From IMG/VR virus record IMGVR_UViG_3300023184_000107, positions 3,651-67,650 of that record: a DNA stretch of 64,000 nucleotides; one strand, given 5' to 3'. The position numbers were made by a program, and so were the translations under genes. Below the pieces are notes generated by a model. That model worked only from the letters and a program-made list of their open reading frames with translations. It was not told the DNA's origin and did not search any database. Of the stretch, positions 45,174 through 55,117 are shown in pieces (positions within the stretch are counted from its first letter, which is position 1; each line of letters opens with the position of its first letter). The DNA comes from a virus.

Positions 45174-47455
45174 AAATTGCAATTATAGATAAAGCACCGT
45201 CAAGAAATAAATACTCTGAATATTTTGACTTTGAGTTTGACTTATTTCATATGAGTCAGGTAGCCCTACCAAAGCTGTTAAAGAAAGATGTAACACTACA
45301 AGTTGATCTTGAGCCCTATACTTATGTTGTGCTTGTAGGCAGTGAAGCTGCAAAAGAGTACGCTAAAATTAGTAGTGTTACTAACTATGCTGGCCAGCTA
45401 ATGCATGATAAGTTTATCTGTATTAGTAACCCTGCTATCCTACACTTTAAGCCAGAAGGTAAAGAGGCGTTTAAGCGTGCAGCAGATCGTATTAACAAGT
45501 ACGTGTCTGGTGAAATCACTAATGCTAAAACCACTGGTACATATTTAGGTATTACAGACCCTAAGCTGGCACAAGCTTTCTTAACCGAAGTTTATAATAA
45601 TGCTGAGGGGTATGTTAGCTGGGACACAGAGACAACTTGCCTGTATCCTCGTGATGGATATGTGCTGGGTCTGTCTATCAGTTATAAAACTAAACAGGGT
45701 GCCTACATTGCTACAGATTGCTTAGATGAGCAGTGTATGCAACTGTTAACTGATATCATTGCCAAATACTCAGCAGTATTTCATAACATGAAGTTTGACA
45801 TCAAGATGATTGAGTATCACCTGGGATTACGGTTTGATCGTAGTCGAGTACACGACACCATGGTCATGCACTATTGCCTAGATGAAAACGAGGGTCACGG
45901 GCTCAAAGCACTAGCATTAAAGTACACAGACTATGGTGACTATGACTCAGAACTAGACGAATTTAAGCGAGTATACTGTGCTCGTACAGGTGTATCTACT
46001 GATGATTTTACCTATGATCTAATACCATTTGATGTTATCTCTAAATACGCAGCCATTGACACAGCAGTTACCTTTGACCTGTTTCACAAGTTTTGGCCTG
46101 TAATCCAAAAGAATCAGAAACTACTAAACCTGTATCAAACTATTATGATTCCGGGTACCCTATTTCTTATGGATATGGAAGAAGTAGGAATTCCTATCAA
46201 TAAAGCCAGAATGACTGCTGCTGAAGGTTACTTAGACAAGTGGATTAATGAGGCTAAACAAGAAATCTATACTTTTCAGGCAGTCAAAGACTTTGAAAGT
46301 GACGCTGGAATTATATTTAACCCTAACAGTGTACAGCAACTGCGTAAGGTATTGTTTGACTACCTAAAACTTAACCCTGTACAGGGCAAACTTACTGCAA
46401 CTGGGGCTATCAGTACGGATGCAGAAGTATTAGAAGAGTTATCTGAAGAGCATCCACTACCTGCTGCGATCCTTAAGGTTCGTCAGTTGGGTAAAATGAA
46501 AAATACCTATATCAGCAAGATTTTACCGGAACTAGATAAAGATGAGCGAATTAGAACAAATTTTAATCTTATTTTTACCACATCTGGGAGGCTATCTAGT
46601 TCAGGTAAATTTAATGCACAACAGATACCTAGAGATGATCCAATCATTAAAGGTTGCATACACGCTCCAGTTGGATATAAGATAATAAGCCAAGACTTAG
46701 CAACTGCTGAAATGTACTATGGAGCTGTGCTATCAGGCGATAAAAATCTACAGCAAGTATTTGTTAGTGGCGGCGACTTTCACAGTACTATTGCTAAAAT
46801 GGTATTTGATTTAACTTGTAAGGCAGAAGATGTTAAAAAACTTTATGGAGGCATGCGGCAAAGTGCTAAAGCAATTTCATTTGGAATCTTATACGGGTCA
46901 GGGCCGCAAAAGGTTTCCGATACAGTAAGTAAGTCAACAGGGGAATATTATGGTATCGATCGAGCAAAGGATGATATTAAATCCTACTTTGATAAGTTTA
47001 GCAAACTTAAAGGCTGGCTTAAGTCGCGTAAAGAATTTATTGAAGCTAATGGGTATACTTACAGTTTCTTTGGTCGTAAGCGTAGGCTTATCAATGTGTT
47101 TAGCACAGATAGAGGAATTGCAGCTCATGAAGTACGAAGTGGAATCAACTCTGAAATTCAGTCAATTGCTAGTGATGTAAATTTGCTGGCAGCTATTGAA
47201 ACTGCTAATGAGATTGTTGCCAAAGGGTTAGATGCCAAGATCTTTATGCTAGTGCACGACTCAATTGTGGCTGTGGTTAAGGACGAACATGTACAGGAAT
47301 ATTGCAAAATTCTTCGGGCTAACACACAGAAAGATCGTGGTTGCAGTATACCAGGTACACCTATTGGAGTAGATCAAGATATAGGACAGGATTACAGTTT
47401 TGGAAACTTTGACGAACGCTACCAGCTTAGCGGAGATTGCTTATCCCGTATTTAA
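45170..47455 (+). CDS. polA: family A DNA polymerase
   Basis: DTET/HNMKFD/YAAID exonuclease; SGRLSS, RQSAKAISFGILYG, VHDS. Confidence 0.95.
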   Translation: MKIAIIDKAPSRNKYSEYFDFEFDLFHMSQVALPKLLKKDVTLQVDLEPYTYVVLVGSEAAKEYAKISSVTNYAGQLMHDKFICISNPAILHFKPEGKEAFKRAADRINKYVSGEITNAKTTGTYLGITDPKLAQAFLTEVYNNAEGYVSWDTETTCLYPRDGYVLGLSISYKTKQGAYIATDCLDEQCMQLLTDIIAKYSAVFHNMKFDIKMIEYHLGLRFDRSRVHDTMVMHYCLDENEGHGLKALALKYTDYGDYDSELDEFKRVYCARTGVSTDDFTYDLIPFDVISKYAAIDTAVTFDLFHKFWPVIQKNQKLLNLYQTIMIPGTLFLMDMEEVGIPINKARMTAAEGYLDKWINEAKQEIYTFQAVKDFESDAGIIFNPNSVQQLRKVLFDYLKLNPVQGKLTATGAISTDAEVLEELSEEHPLPAAILKVRQLGKMKNTYISKILPELDKDERIRTNFNLIFTTSGRLSSSGKFNAQQIPRDDPIIKGCIHAPVGYKIISQDLATAEMYYGAVLSGDKNLQQVFVSGGDFHSTIAKMVFDLTCKAEDVKKLYGGMRQSAKAISFGILYGSGPQKVSDTVSKSTGEYYGIDRAKDDIKSYFDKFSKLKGWLKSRKEFIEANGYTYSFFGRKRRLINVFSTDRGIAAHEVRSGINSEIQSIASDVNLLAAIETANEIVAKGLDAKIFMLVHDSIVAVVKDEHVQEYCKILRANTQKDRGCSIPGTPIGVDQDIGQDYSFGNFDERYQLSGDCLSRI

Positions 47456-47963
47456 ATTAGGCATAGACAAGCCCCTTATAAGTAATGGACTTGTGTACTA
47501 TTACTACGAAAATATTGAGGAAGATCAAGACGGTGAATTAATAGAGCAAACACAATATAGGCTGGTAGATGATAAAAATTTACCCTTTAGTTCACTAGCT
47601 ATGCGTAGACTGGCCGCCAAACAAAATAATGCTAAACTGTTTAAAATTAAGATTGCCATATTCTTCCTAGGTGATCTAGTAAAGATTGCTAAACCCAATA
47701 TGTGGTTTATAGACAGTAATGGTAAGTTATTTAAATATCAAAAGACTACCAGAGCACTACTAAAATTTTATAGAATCAACCTAAGTATACCTATCAGTAC
47801 TGGAGGCTCTATAATTGGTGTTGAGGGTACTGCAACTAGATTTAAGACATTATTCAGTCCTGATCGTGATAAAAAATATGCCGGCATACTACATGTTGGC
47901 AAATCCCTAATACTTTACGGCATTTACAATGAAAAATACACAGATACATGGAGAAAGGTATAG
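47400..47963 (+). CDS. conserved T5-like hypothetical protein
   Basis: Between pol and D10; FIDSNG, YAGILH; start uncertain. Confidence 0.7.
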   Translation: METLTNATSLAEIAYPVFKLGIDKPLISNGLVYYYYENIEEDQDGELIEQTQYRLVDDKNLPFSSLAMRRLAAKQNNAKLFKIKIAIFFLGDLVKIAKPNMWFIDSNGKLFKYQKTTRALLKFYRINLSIPISTGGSIIGVEGTATRFKTLFSPDRDKKYAGILHVGKSLILYGIYNEKYTDTWRKV

Positions 47964-49259
47964 ATGCCTAAAGCCATAATCTCCAACAGAATATACCTAG
48001 ACACTACACCTGAAATTGCACAAACCTTAGCTAAAACACTGACCTATAAGATCAAAAAACCACCCAGGCCGGGACTAACACACTTTACTCAGTTTGATAT
48101 CATCAAGAACTATAAAATGCTGCCTAAGGGCGTCATGAGTATTCCTGGTGGTCGCATAGACCTAATTCCTGAAAACTATGAGGTCATAGACAAGCGTGTA
48201 TTTCATGAACTGCCTTTTCCAGACCCTAAGCTGGCTCTTAGACCCAGCCAACTACTGGTTTATAATTCAGCAGATGACATGTGCTTTATTAACGCAATGG
48301 TTGGTTGGGGCAAAACATTTTGTGCATTACATATTGCCAGAAAACTAGGTCAAAAAACACTGATAGTATGCCACAATACCATGTTGCGCGATCAGTGGAT
48401 TACAGAAGTTCAAAAACTATACGCAATGCCTGTAGGCGTTATTGGCAGTGGTGAGTTTGATATTGACCATTCAATTGTAGTTGGTAACATTCAGACCCTT
48501 ACCAAGATTGTTCCACAAATTTCCAAGGAGTTTGGCACAGTTATAGTAGATGAGTGTCATCACGTTACTGCTACAACCTTTACAGCCTTCCTAGATGGCA
48601 TGTATGCCAGATACAAGATTGGTCTTAGTGGTACTATGAAACGTAAGGATGGTAGGCATGTGCTATTCAAGGACTTCTTTGGCCCTAAGCTGTTTCAACC
48701 ACCAGAAGAAAACACTCTTACACCTACAGTTAAAGTAGTTAAAACTGGAGTAGCCTTAGCAGCAGGGGAACCTTGGGTCAAAAAGATTAACCTATTGTTG
48801 TACGATCCTGATTATCAAAACTTTATTGCAGCAATTGCCAAGATAGAAATGGATCGGGGACATAAAGTTCTTGTTATTGCAGACCGAGTTGAGTTTTTAC
48901 AAAAAGTAGGAGAACAAATTGGTGAAACGTGTGTGTGCATTACTGGTGGTACAACCTTTGAGGAACGTACCGAACTTATCCAACAAGTTGAAAGTGGTAA
49001 GAAAAGCTGCATTGCTGGCAGCCGACAAATATTCTCAGAGGGTATCTCCGTAAATATACTAAGTTGCGTAATTTTAGCTGCGCCAATTGCTAACGACAGT
49101 TTACTAGAACAAATTGTTGGCAGAATACAGCGTAAACATGACAACAAGCTAAACCCCTTAGTAATAGACATGCACTTTAGTGGCCACAGTGACCGTAAAC
49201 AAAATAATGATCGCCTAGCGTTTTATCAACGCAAAGGCTGGGAAGTAGTGGGGGTATAA
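47964..49259 (+). CDS. D10: SF2 helicase (T5 D10)
   Basis: GWGKT, DECHH, LSGT, EG, QIVGRIQR. Confidence 0.9.
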   Translation: MPKAIISNRIYLDTTPEIAQTLAKTLTYKIKKPPRPGLTHFTQFDIIKNYKMLPKGVMSIPGGRIDLIPENYEVIDKRVFHELPFPDPKLALRPSQLLVYNSADDMCFINAMVGWGKTFCALHIARKLGQKTLIVCHNTMLRDQWITEVQKLYAMPVGVIGSGEFDIDHSIVVGNIQTLTKIVPQISKEFGTVIVDECHHVTATTFTAFLDGMYARYKIGLSGTMKRKDGRHVLFKDFFGPKLFQPPEENTLTPTVKVVKTGVALAAGEPWVKKINLLLYDPDYQNFIAAIAKIEMDRGHKVLVIADRVEFLQKVGEQIGETCVCITGGTTFEERTELIQQVESGKKSCIAGSRQIFSEGISVNILSCVILAAPIANDSLLEQIVGRIQRKHDNKLNPLVIDMHFSGHSDRKQNNDRLAFYQRKGWEVVGV

Positions 49260-49317
49260 AAATTTCTACTTGTACAATTATCTAAACTTTGATATAATAT
49301 ATGTTCTGGGATAGTTT

Positions 49318-49695
49318 ATGGCTTTATTTTATAACTTAGAAATTCTGGAAGATCAATCAGGTAATGATGCCGTAAAGTTTTTATCAATGCTATGGTATCA
49401 TTACTCAAAGCGACTACCCGGTAAATATAGTAAATTAAAACCCAGCAAGGTATCCCTAACAGGTAATAGCTTTCTGTTATTCCCTGAGCCGTTATTTATT
49501 GATAATACTGACATTTTATACAAAGTACAATACATTAAATTAGCGGCACTTAGAGACTGGAACTTGTATAAACAGTATAAGTATAAATCTCTACAAACAT
49601 CGTTTTTTCCTGATCTCAATTACGATGCAATACGATCAAATCCGTTACTTAAAATAACACCCACTGAAATTACGTTTAAATACGAAGAAAGTTAG
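49318..49695 (+). CDS. conserved T5-like hypothetical protein
   Basis: G.SFL, QY..LA.LR, NPLL. Confidence 0.7.
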   Translation: MALFYNLEILEDQSGNDAVKFLSMLWYHYSKRLPGKYSKLKPSKVSLTGNSFLLFPEPLFIDNTDILYKVQYIKLAALRDWNLYKQYKYKSLQTSFFPDLNYDAIRSNPLLKITPTEITFKYEES

Positions 49696-49697
49696 AA

Positions 49698-50333
49698 ATG
49701 GCATTAGCATTTGGCAAAACCGCAGGTAAAGCAGTCAAGAATTCACATGAATCTTACACATATAAAGACGGAGAAAACGTTGTTCGCTTAGTTGGAGGAA
49801 TTCTTCCTCGTTACGTATACTGGTTAAAGGGCACAAACAACAAAGATATTCCGGTTGAGTGCTTAGCATTTGATCGTGAACTAGAGAAGTTTAACAACAA
49901 GGAAGTTGACCACGTTCCAGCATACTTTCCAGACAAGAAGTGTTCTTGGAGTTATTCAGTAAATTGCTTACACGATGGTAAAGTAGTTGTACTAAATCTT
50001 AAAAAGAAACTGTTTGAGCAGATTATTTCTGCAGCCGGTGATCTAGGTCTTGACCCTACCAGTGAAGATGCCGGATTTGACATTGTATTTAAACGTGCTA
50101 AGACAGGGCCTTTACCCTTCAACGTTGAGTACACACTGAGTCAGCTGAAATTGAAAAAGCGTGCTCTTACCAGTGATGAAAAAGCCGCAGTAGCTGAGTC
50201 GCTACCGATTGACGAAAAGTTTATTCGACAAACACCCGATGAAGTTAAAGCTACATTAGAGCGATTAATTAAAGGTTTTGAGGAAGAAGCTACCCCAGAT
50301 ACTGATACTGAAGCCGTTAACGAATTAGGATAA
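49698..50333 (+). CDS. D11: ssDNA-binding protein (T5 D11)
   Basis: RYVYW, PVECL.F.R, KTGP..FNVEY; acidic tail. Confidence 0.85.
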   Translation: MALAFGKTAGKAVKNSHESYTYKDGENVVRLVGGILPRYVYWLKGTNNKDIPVECLAFDRELEKFNNKEVDHVPAYFPDKKCSWSYSVNCLHDGKVVVLNLKKKLFEQIISAAGDLGLDPTSEDAGFDIVFKRAKTGPLPFNVEYTLSQLKLKKRALTSDEKAAVAESLPIDEKFIRQTPDEVKATLERLIKGFEEEATPDTDTEAVNELG

Positions 50334-50375
50334 AAAATAGCCGCTTGAGGTTTACTTCAGGCGGCTTTTTGCAAT

Positions 50376-51353
50376 ATGAAAATACTTTTTACAGCAGACA
50401 TTCACATTAAACTGGGACAAAAGAATGTTCCAGTAGATTGGTCTAAAAATCGATACAAGTTGTTTATTGAGCAACTAATGCAACACTCAGTACAAGCAGA
50501 TATGCTTGTAGTTGGTGGAGATGTATTTGATAAACTTCCTAATATGGAAGAATTAGACATATATTATGACTTAGTAAGTAGTTGTTCGCTACCCACATTA
50601 ATATATCCTGGCAATCATGAGTCTGTAAAGAAGGATACAACTTTCTTTACACACTTAAAAAAAGTTACCAATAGATTGAATCCACTAGTGTTAATAATTG
50701 ATGATTATTATACTCACTATGAGGATGCAGCAATCTTTGACGTTATTCCCTACAATAAATTAAAGGAATATGAAAAAAGTACCGCGTACTTTTTACGTCC
50801 CGTACCAGCCCCTATCCTATTTACTCACGTTCGCGGAGAAATTACTCCACACGTTAAACCAGAAGTTGACCTAACTATCTTTGATCGTTGGCAAATAGTA
50901 ATAGCAGGAGACTTACATAGTCATGAGAATTCGCAGCGTAATATTGTTTATCCTGGAAGCCCTGTTACTACCAGCTTTCATCGTAATAGTGTTGATACAG
51001 GCGTTATACTTTTGGATACCCAAACTTTGGGGTATACGTGGCTCAAGTTAAATTTACCACAATTAATTCGTAAAACTATTCAGGCTGGCCAACCCATGTT
51101 AGCTACTGAGTATGACCACACAATCTATGAGGTTGAAGGTGATATGTCGGAATTAGCTAAAATGGAGGACAGCGAATTAATTGACAAGAAAGTATCAAAA
51201 CGTGAAACGGATACAGCGCTCATACTAGACCCTACTATGACCATGCAACAGGAACTAGAAGAATACTTACTGTATATTCTACAATTAAGCCAAGATACTG
51301 TAGACCAAGTGCTGCAAGTATATAACGACAATCAGGACAAATTACATGATTAA
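50376..51353 (+). CDS. D12: SbcD/Mre11-like nuclease (T5 D12)
   Basis: ADIH, GDVFD, GNHE, GDLH, YPGSP. Confidence 0.9.
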   Translation: MKILFTADIHIKLGQKNVPVDWSKNRYKLFIEQLMQHSVQADMLVVGGDVFDKLPNMEELDIYYDLVSSCSLPTLIYPGNHESVKKDTTFFTHLKKVTNRLNPLVLIIDDYYTHYEDAAIFDVIPYNKLKEYEKSTAYFLRPVPAPILFTHVRGEITPHVKPEVDLTIFDRWQIVIAGDLHSHENSQRNIVYPGSPVTTSFHRNSVDTGVILLDTQTLGYTWLKLNLPQLIRKTIQAGQPMLATEYDHTIYEVEGDMSELAKMEDSELIDKKVSKRETDTALILDPTMTMQQELEEYLLYILQLSQDTVDQVLQVYNDNQDKLHD

Positions 51354-53148
51354 GTTTACAGAATTACGATGGAGTAATGTATTTAGTTATGGTAAAGATA
51401 ACTGTCTAAAATTAGATAGTGCTCCACTAACGCAACTAATAGGTAAGAATGGTAATGGAAAAAGTTCCGTAGCACTAGTAATAGAGGAAATACTATTCAA
51501 CCAAAACTCTAAAAAGATCAAAAAAGCAGATATACTTAATAGGTATACTAAAGATAAACACTACACTATAGAATTGGATTTTGATAAAGATGGTACTCAA
51601 TATACTGTTAATACTACTAGAACTGGTAATTCTGGTAGTGTCACTCTTACTAGAGATGGTAAGGATATTAGTAGTCATACCAGTACTGGGACTTATAAAA
51701 CTATTGAGCATATTCTGGGTTTTGATCACAAAACGTTTTCGCAAATAGTTTATCAAAGCAGTGTTAGTAGTTTAGAGTTTCTTACAGCTACAGATACTGC
51801 TAGAAAGAAATTTCTTATTGAACTACTAAATCTTACTAAGTATACGGAGGCTTCTGAGGTATTTAAGGAACTTGCTGTAGGTATGTCTAAACAGGTAGAT
51901 ACAGTACAAGCTAAGATGCAGACTGTATCAGTATGGCTTAATAAATATAGGACTCAATCTTTAGTAGAAAAACCATTACAAGATGAGTTAGATTATCCTA
52001 ATTCAATTATTGAACGTGTTACCTTATTAAGTAACGAGTTAACTAATATAGAGGCTACTAATAAAAAGATTAGTCAAAATAATGCATATAAGCAGATATT
52101 TAATAATATTGTAATAGAACTTGGCTACCCTCATCCAGATACTTCTCAATTAATGCCAATGAAGCTACAGGTAGCTCAGGCACAAAAAGAGCTAAAAGAT
52201 GGGGCTAGTTTAAGTAGTAAACATAAGGGCCCTGTAATTAAGTGTGTTACGTGTTCACAAGACATAGATAATACTACTATGTTTAATATGGTACTAGACT
52301 TTGACACAAAACGTCAAAGTTTAGAGGACTTAGTATCTAATCTAACTATAAAAATTAAAGTGTTAGAGAGTGCAATAGCTAAATATAGTGTGCATGAGAA
52401 AAATACTCAGGAATGGGAAAAATATCATGCCTTAATTGATAAAAATCTATCTGGTGATTTATTGGATAGAAATCAACTAACTAATGATATTAAGTGTTTA
52501 CAGGCATCTGCAGATGCTATTATAACTGCTATAACACAAACTAAACATGCTAATAAACTGGCCTATGAGCATAACTCTAAAGTTAAAGTAATCCTGGAAC
52601 AGCTTACCTCTATGGAAGCAGAGTTTAAAGAGTTATCGGAGGAATTAGCCGTCAGAATATCTGAGTTATCAAACCTACAGATTTTAGTTAAAAGTTTTAG
52701 TACTACAGGTTTAGTAGCTTATAAAATTGAGTGCCTAGTAAAAGACCTAGAAGAGATTACTAATGAATACTTAACTACTCTGTCCTCTGGTAGATTTCAG
52801 TTGGGTTTTAAAATTACTAGTTCTGATAAACTAAATGTAATAATTACTGATAATGGCAAAGACATTGATATTGTTGCTCTTAGTACGGGTGAGCGAGCAA
52901 GAGTTAATGTGGCCACTCTTTTAGCTATCAGAAAATTAATGCAGAGCTTGTCTAATAGCAGAACAAATTTGCTTATTCTTGATGAAACAGTGGAAAATCT
53001 TGATGCAGAAGGTAAGGAAAAATTAATTGAAGTCCTATTGGAAGAACAAAATTTAAATACCTTTCTTATTTCGCATGGTTTCTCTCACCCATTACTAGAA
53101 AAAATCAGTATAGTAAAGCACAATAATATATCGAGAATTGAATGGTAG
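51346..53148 (+). CDS. D13: SbcC/Rad50-like ATPase (T5 D13)
   Basis: GKNGNGKS, CVTC hook, LSTGE, LDE. Confidence 0.9.
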   Translation: MIKFTELRWSNVFSYGKDNCLKLDSAPLTQLIGKNGNGKSSVALVIEEILFNQNSKKIKKADILNRYTKDKHYTIELDFDKDGTQYTVNTTRTGNSGSVTLTRDGKDISSHTSTGTYKTIEHILGFDHKTFSQIVYQSSVSSLEFLTATDTARKKFLIELLNLTKYTEASEVFKELAVGMSKQVDTVQAKMQTVSVWLNKYRTQSLVEKPLQDELDYPNSIIERVTLLSNELTNIEATNKKISQNNAYKQIFNNIVIELGYPHPDTSQLMPMKLQVAQAQKELKDGASLSSKHKGPVIKCVTCSQDIDNTTMFNMVLDFDTKRQSLEDLVSNLTIKIKVLESAIAKYSVHEKNTQEWEKYHALIDKNLSGDLLDRNQLTNDIKCLQASADAIITAITQTKHANKLAYEHNSKVKVILEQLTSMEAEFKELSEELAVRISELSNLQILVKSFSTTGLVAYKIECLVKDLEEITNEYLTTLSSGRFQLGFKITSSDKLNVIITDNGKDIDIVALSTGERARVNVATLLAIRKLMQSLSNSRTNLLILDETVENLDAEGKEKLIEVLLEEQNLNTFLISHGFSHPLLEKISIVKHNNISRIEW

Positions 53149-53594
53149 ATTCTAGAGCTAAAGGGGCTAGAGCAGAAACTCAGGTTAGAGATAAACTGCG
53201 AGAACTCACAAAACTTAATTGGGAGAGGGTGCCTAGTTCTGGTTCTCTAGACCCTAAGCATGGGCTAAAAGGCGACTTGTACGTACCTAATGAAAAGAAC
53301 TTGTATTGTGTGGAAGTCAAACACTATGCTGACGACCACATAACAAGTTCTATCTTAACAGCGCAAGAACCTCAATTAGTAACCTGGTGGGAACAAACAC
53401 TCAGACAAGGTAAACAGGTCAATAAAATTCCACTATTAATATTCAAGCATGACAGATCCAGAATGTTCTGTGCTTTTAGTGATTTACCTACAGAGTTTCA
53501 CCGATTTATATCCGTCTGTGCCAATAACAATTATTTTAATGTTGCCATACTTGATGACTTTGTACGTCATGAACAGCCAAAATTTATAACTTGA
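53142..53594 (+). CDS. D14: PD-(D/E)XK resolvase-like protein (T5 D14)
   Basis: KGARAE, GD, VEVK, WWEQ. Confidence 0.85.
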   Translation: MVDSRAKGARAETQVRDKLRELTKLNWERVPSSGSLDPKHGLKGDLYVPNEKNLYCVEVKHYADDHITSSILTAQEPQLVTWWEQTLRQGKQVNKIPLLIFKHDRSRMFCAFSDLPTEFHRFISVCANNNYFNVAILDDFVRHEQPKFIT

Positions 53595-53625
53595 CTTTGC
53601 TGTTAATTATTGTTATAATAACACT

Positions 53626-54477
53626 ATGACCAAAACTTTTAAACAAATGAACCAAGCCGAGCCTAGCAGTCTTATGATTGTTGACTCACTTAACCTAGCC
53701 TTTAGATATAAACACTCTAAGGCTGTGGACTTCTGTGATGACTATATGCGTACAGTAGACTCATTACGGCGTAGTTATAAGTGTGATAAACTAATAATTG
53801 CTGGTGATATGGGTTCTAGCTCATATCGTAAAGCCCTATATCCTGAATACAAGCAAAATCGTAAAGACAAGTATGAAAATCAAACAGAGAGCGAAAAGGC
53901 GGAGTTCGAGGCATTTTTCGCAGAAGTTCAGCACATTCTCGAGTTATATGCAACTAATGCATCTTATCCAGTTATTCGATTTCCAGGAGTCGAAGCAGAT
54001 GATATTGCAGCGTACATCGTGTCTAAGCGAAAATACCACGAACTTACCCAAATCTGGCTAATGAGTTCTGACCGGGACTGGAATCTGCTGATTGATGATG
54101 GTGTATCGCAGTTTAGTTATGTTACCAGAAAAGAGTTTACTGTAGATAACTGGAGTGAACACTATGAATTTAGTCGTGATAGCTATATCAGTATTAAGTG
54201 TCTTATGGGTGACAGTGGCGATAATGTACCTGGTGTCCCGGGAATAGGGCCAAAGAAAGCTGCATCACTAGTTGCTGAATACGGCTCAGCCTATGATATA
54301 ATTGCCAGCCTACCAATTACTAGTAAATATAAGCACATTGCTAATCTAAATGCTTTTGGCCCAGAAAAGTTAATGCTAAACTATCAGCTAATGGATTTAG
54401 TTACATTTTGTGATAGTGCAGTAGGATCAGAAAACTGCAAACAGATTGATAGTATTTTACAGGATTATTTAAATTGA
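53626..54477 (+). CDS. D15: 5'-3' exonuclease / flap endonuclease (T5 D15)
   Basis: YKQNR, EADD, SDRD, GDSGDNVPGVPGIGPK. Confidence 0.95.
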   Translation: MTKTFKQMNQAEPSSLMIVDSLNLAFRYKHSKAVDFCDDYMRTVDSLRRSYKCDKLIIAGDMGSSSYRKALYPEYKQNRKDKYENQTESEKAEFEAFFAEVQHILELYATNASYPVIRFPGVEADDIAAYIVSKRKYHELTQIWLMSSDRDWNLLIDDGVSQFSYVTRKEFTVDNWSEHYEFSRDSYISIKCLMGDSGDNVPGVPGIGPKKAASLVAEYGSAYDIIASLPITSKYKHIANLNAFGPEKLMLNYQLMDLVTFCDSAVGSENCKQIDSILQDYLN

Positions 54478-54932
54478 CAAAACTTTATCCATATATGACA
54501 CCCACAGTAGCAGTAAAATTAGATGATGCTAGAGCTATGCCACTTCGGGCACATGCTACAGATGCGGGAGCAGATCTATTTAGTAGCAGTAACATTGATA
54601 TCTACCCTAAAGACATGAAATTGGTAGATACTGGAGTAAGCGTTAAAATTCCAGTAAATCATGTAGGTTTAGTGTACAATCGCAGTAGTCAAGGCAAAAT
54701 TCAGGTGTCTATTCCTCATGCAGTTGGCGTAATTGACAGTGACTACCGTGGTAATATCAAGGTGCTGCTAAAAAATAATGGTGAAGACCCCTACTTTATT
54801 AAGCAGTACAGTACTCGTATTGCTCAATTAGTTATTGTACCAGTTATACTAGCAAAGTTTGAGGTCGACACTACTGAACCCTGGCATGACACTGATCGAG
54901 ATACAGGCGGATTTGGGAGCACTAACCTATGA
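54474..54932 (+). CDS. dut: trimeric dUTPase
   Basis: AGADL, RSS, GVIDSDYRG, RIAQL, GGFGST. Confidence 0.95.
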   Translation: MTKLYPYMTPTVAVKLDDARAMPLRAHATDAGADLFSSSNIDIYPKDMKLVDTGVSVKIPVNHVGLVYNRSSQGKIQVSIPHAVGVIDSDYRGNIKVLLKNNGEDPYFIKQYSTRIAQLVIVPVILAKFEVDTTEPWHDTDRDTGGFGSTNL

Positions 54933-55117
54933 TGACTGAAGTTGAAGAGAAAGTATTTGCTGCAATAGCTGAAATTAAGCGTTTGCTACCCACTATGGTT
55001 GATAACGTAATAGATAATGATATTGTTCGTTATTCAACAGAAAATTTAAGCAACCAACTACTAAAAATAGTTGGAGCTCGTATTATAAAGGAACATAAAC
55101 GTAATGGACATAAGTAA
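54929..55117 (+). CDS. hypothetical protein
   Basis: Coupled to dut and nrdJ. Confidence 0.55.
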   Translation: MMTEVEEKVFAAIAEIKRLLPTMVDNVIDNDIVRYSTENLSNQLLKIVGARIIKEHKRNGHK

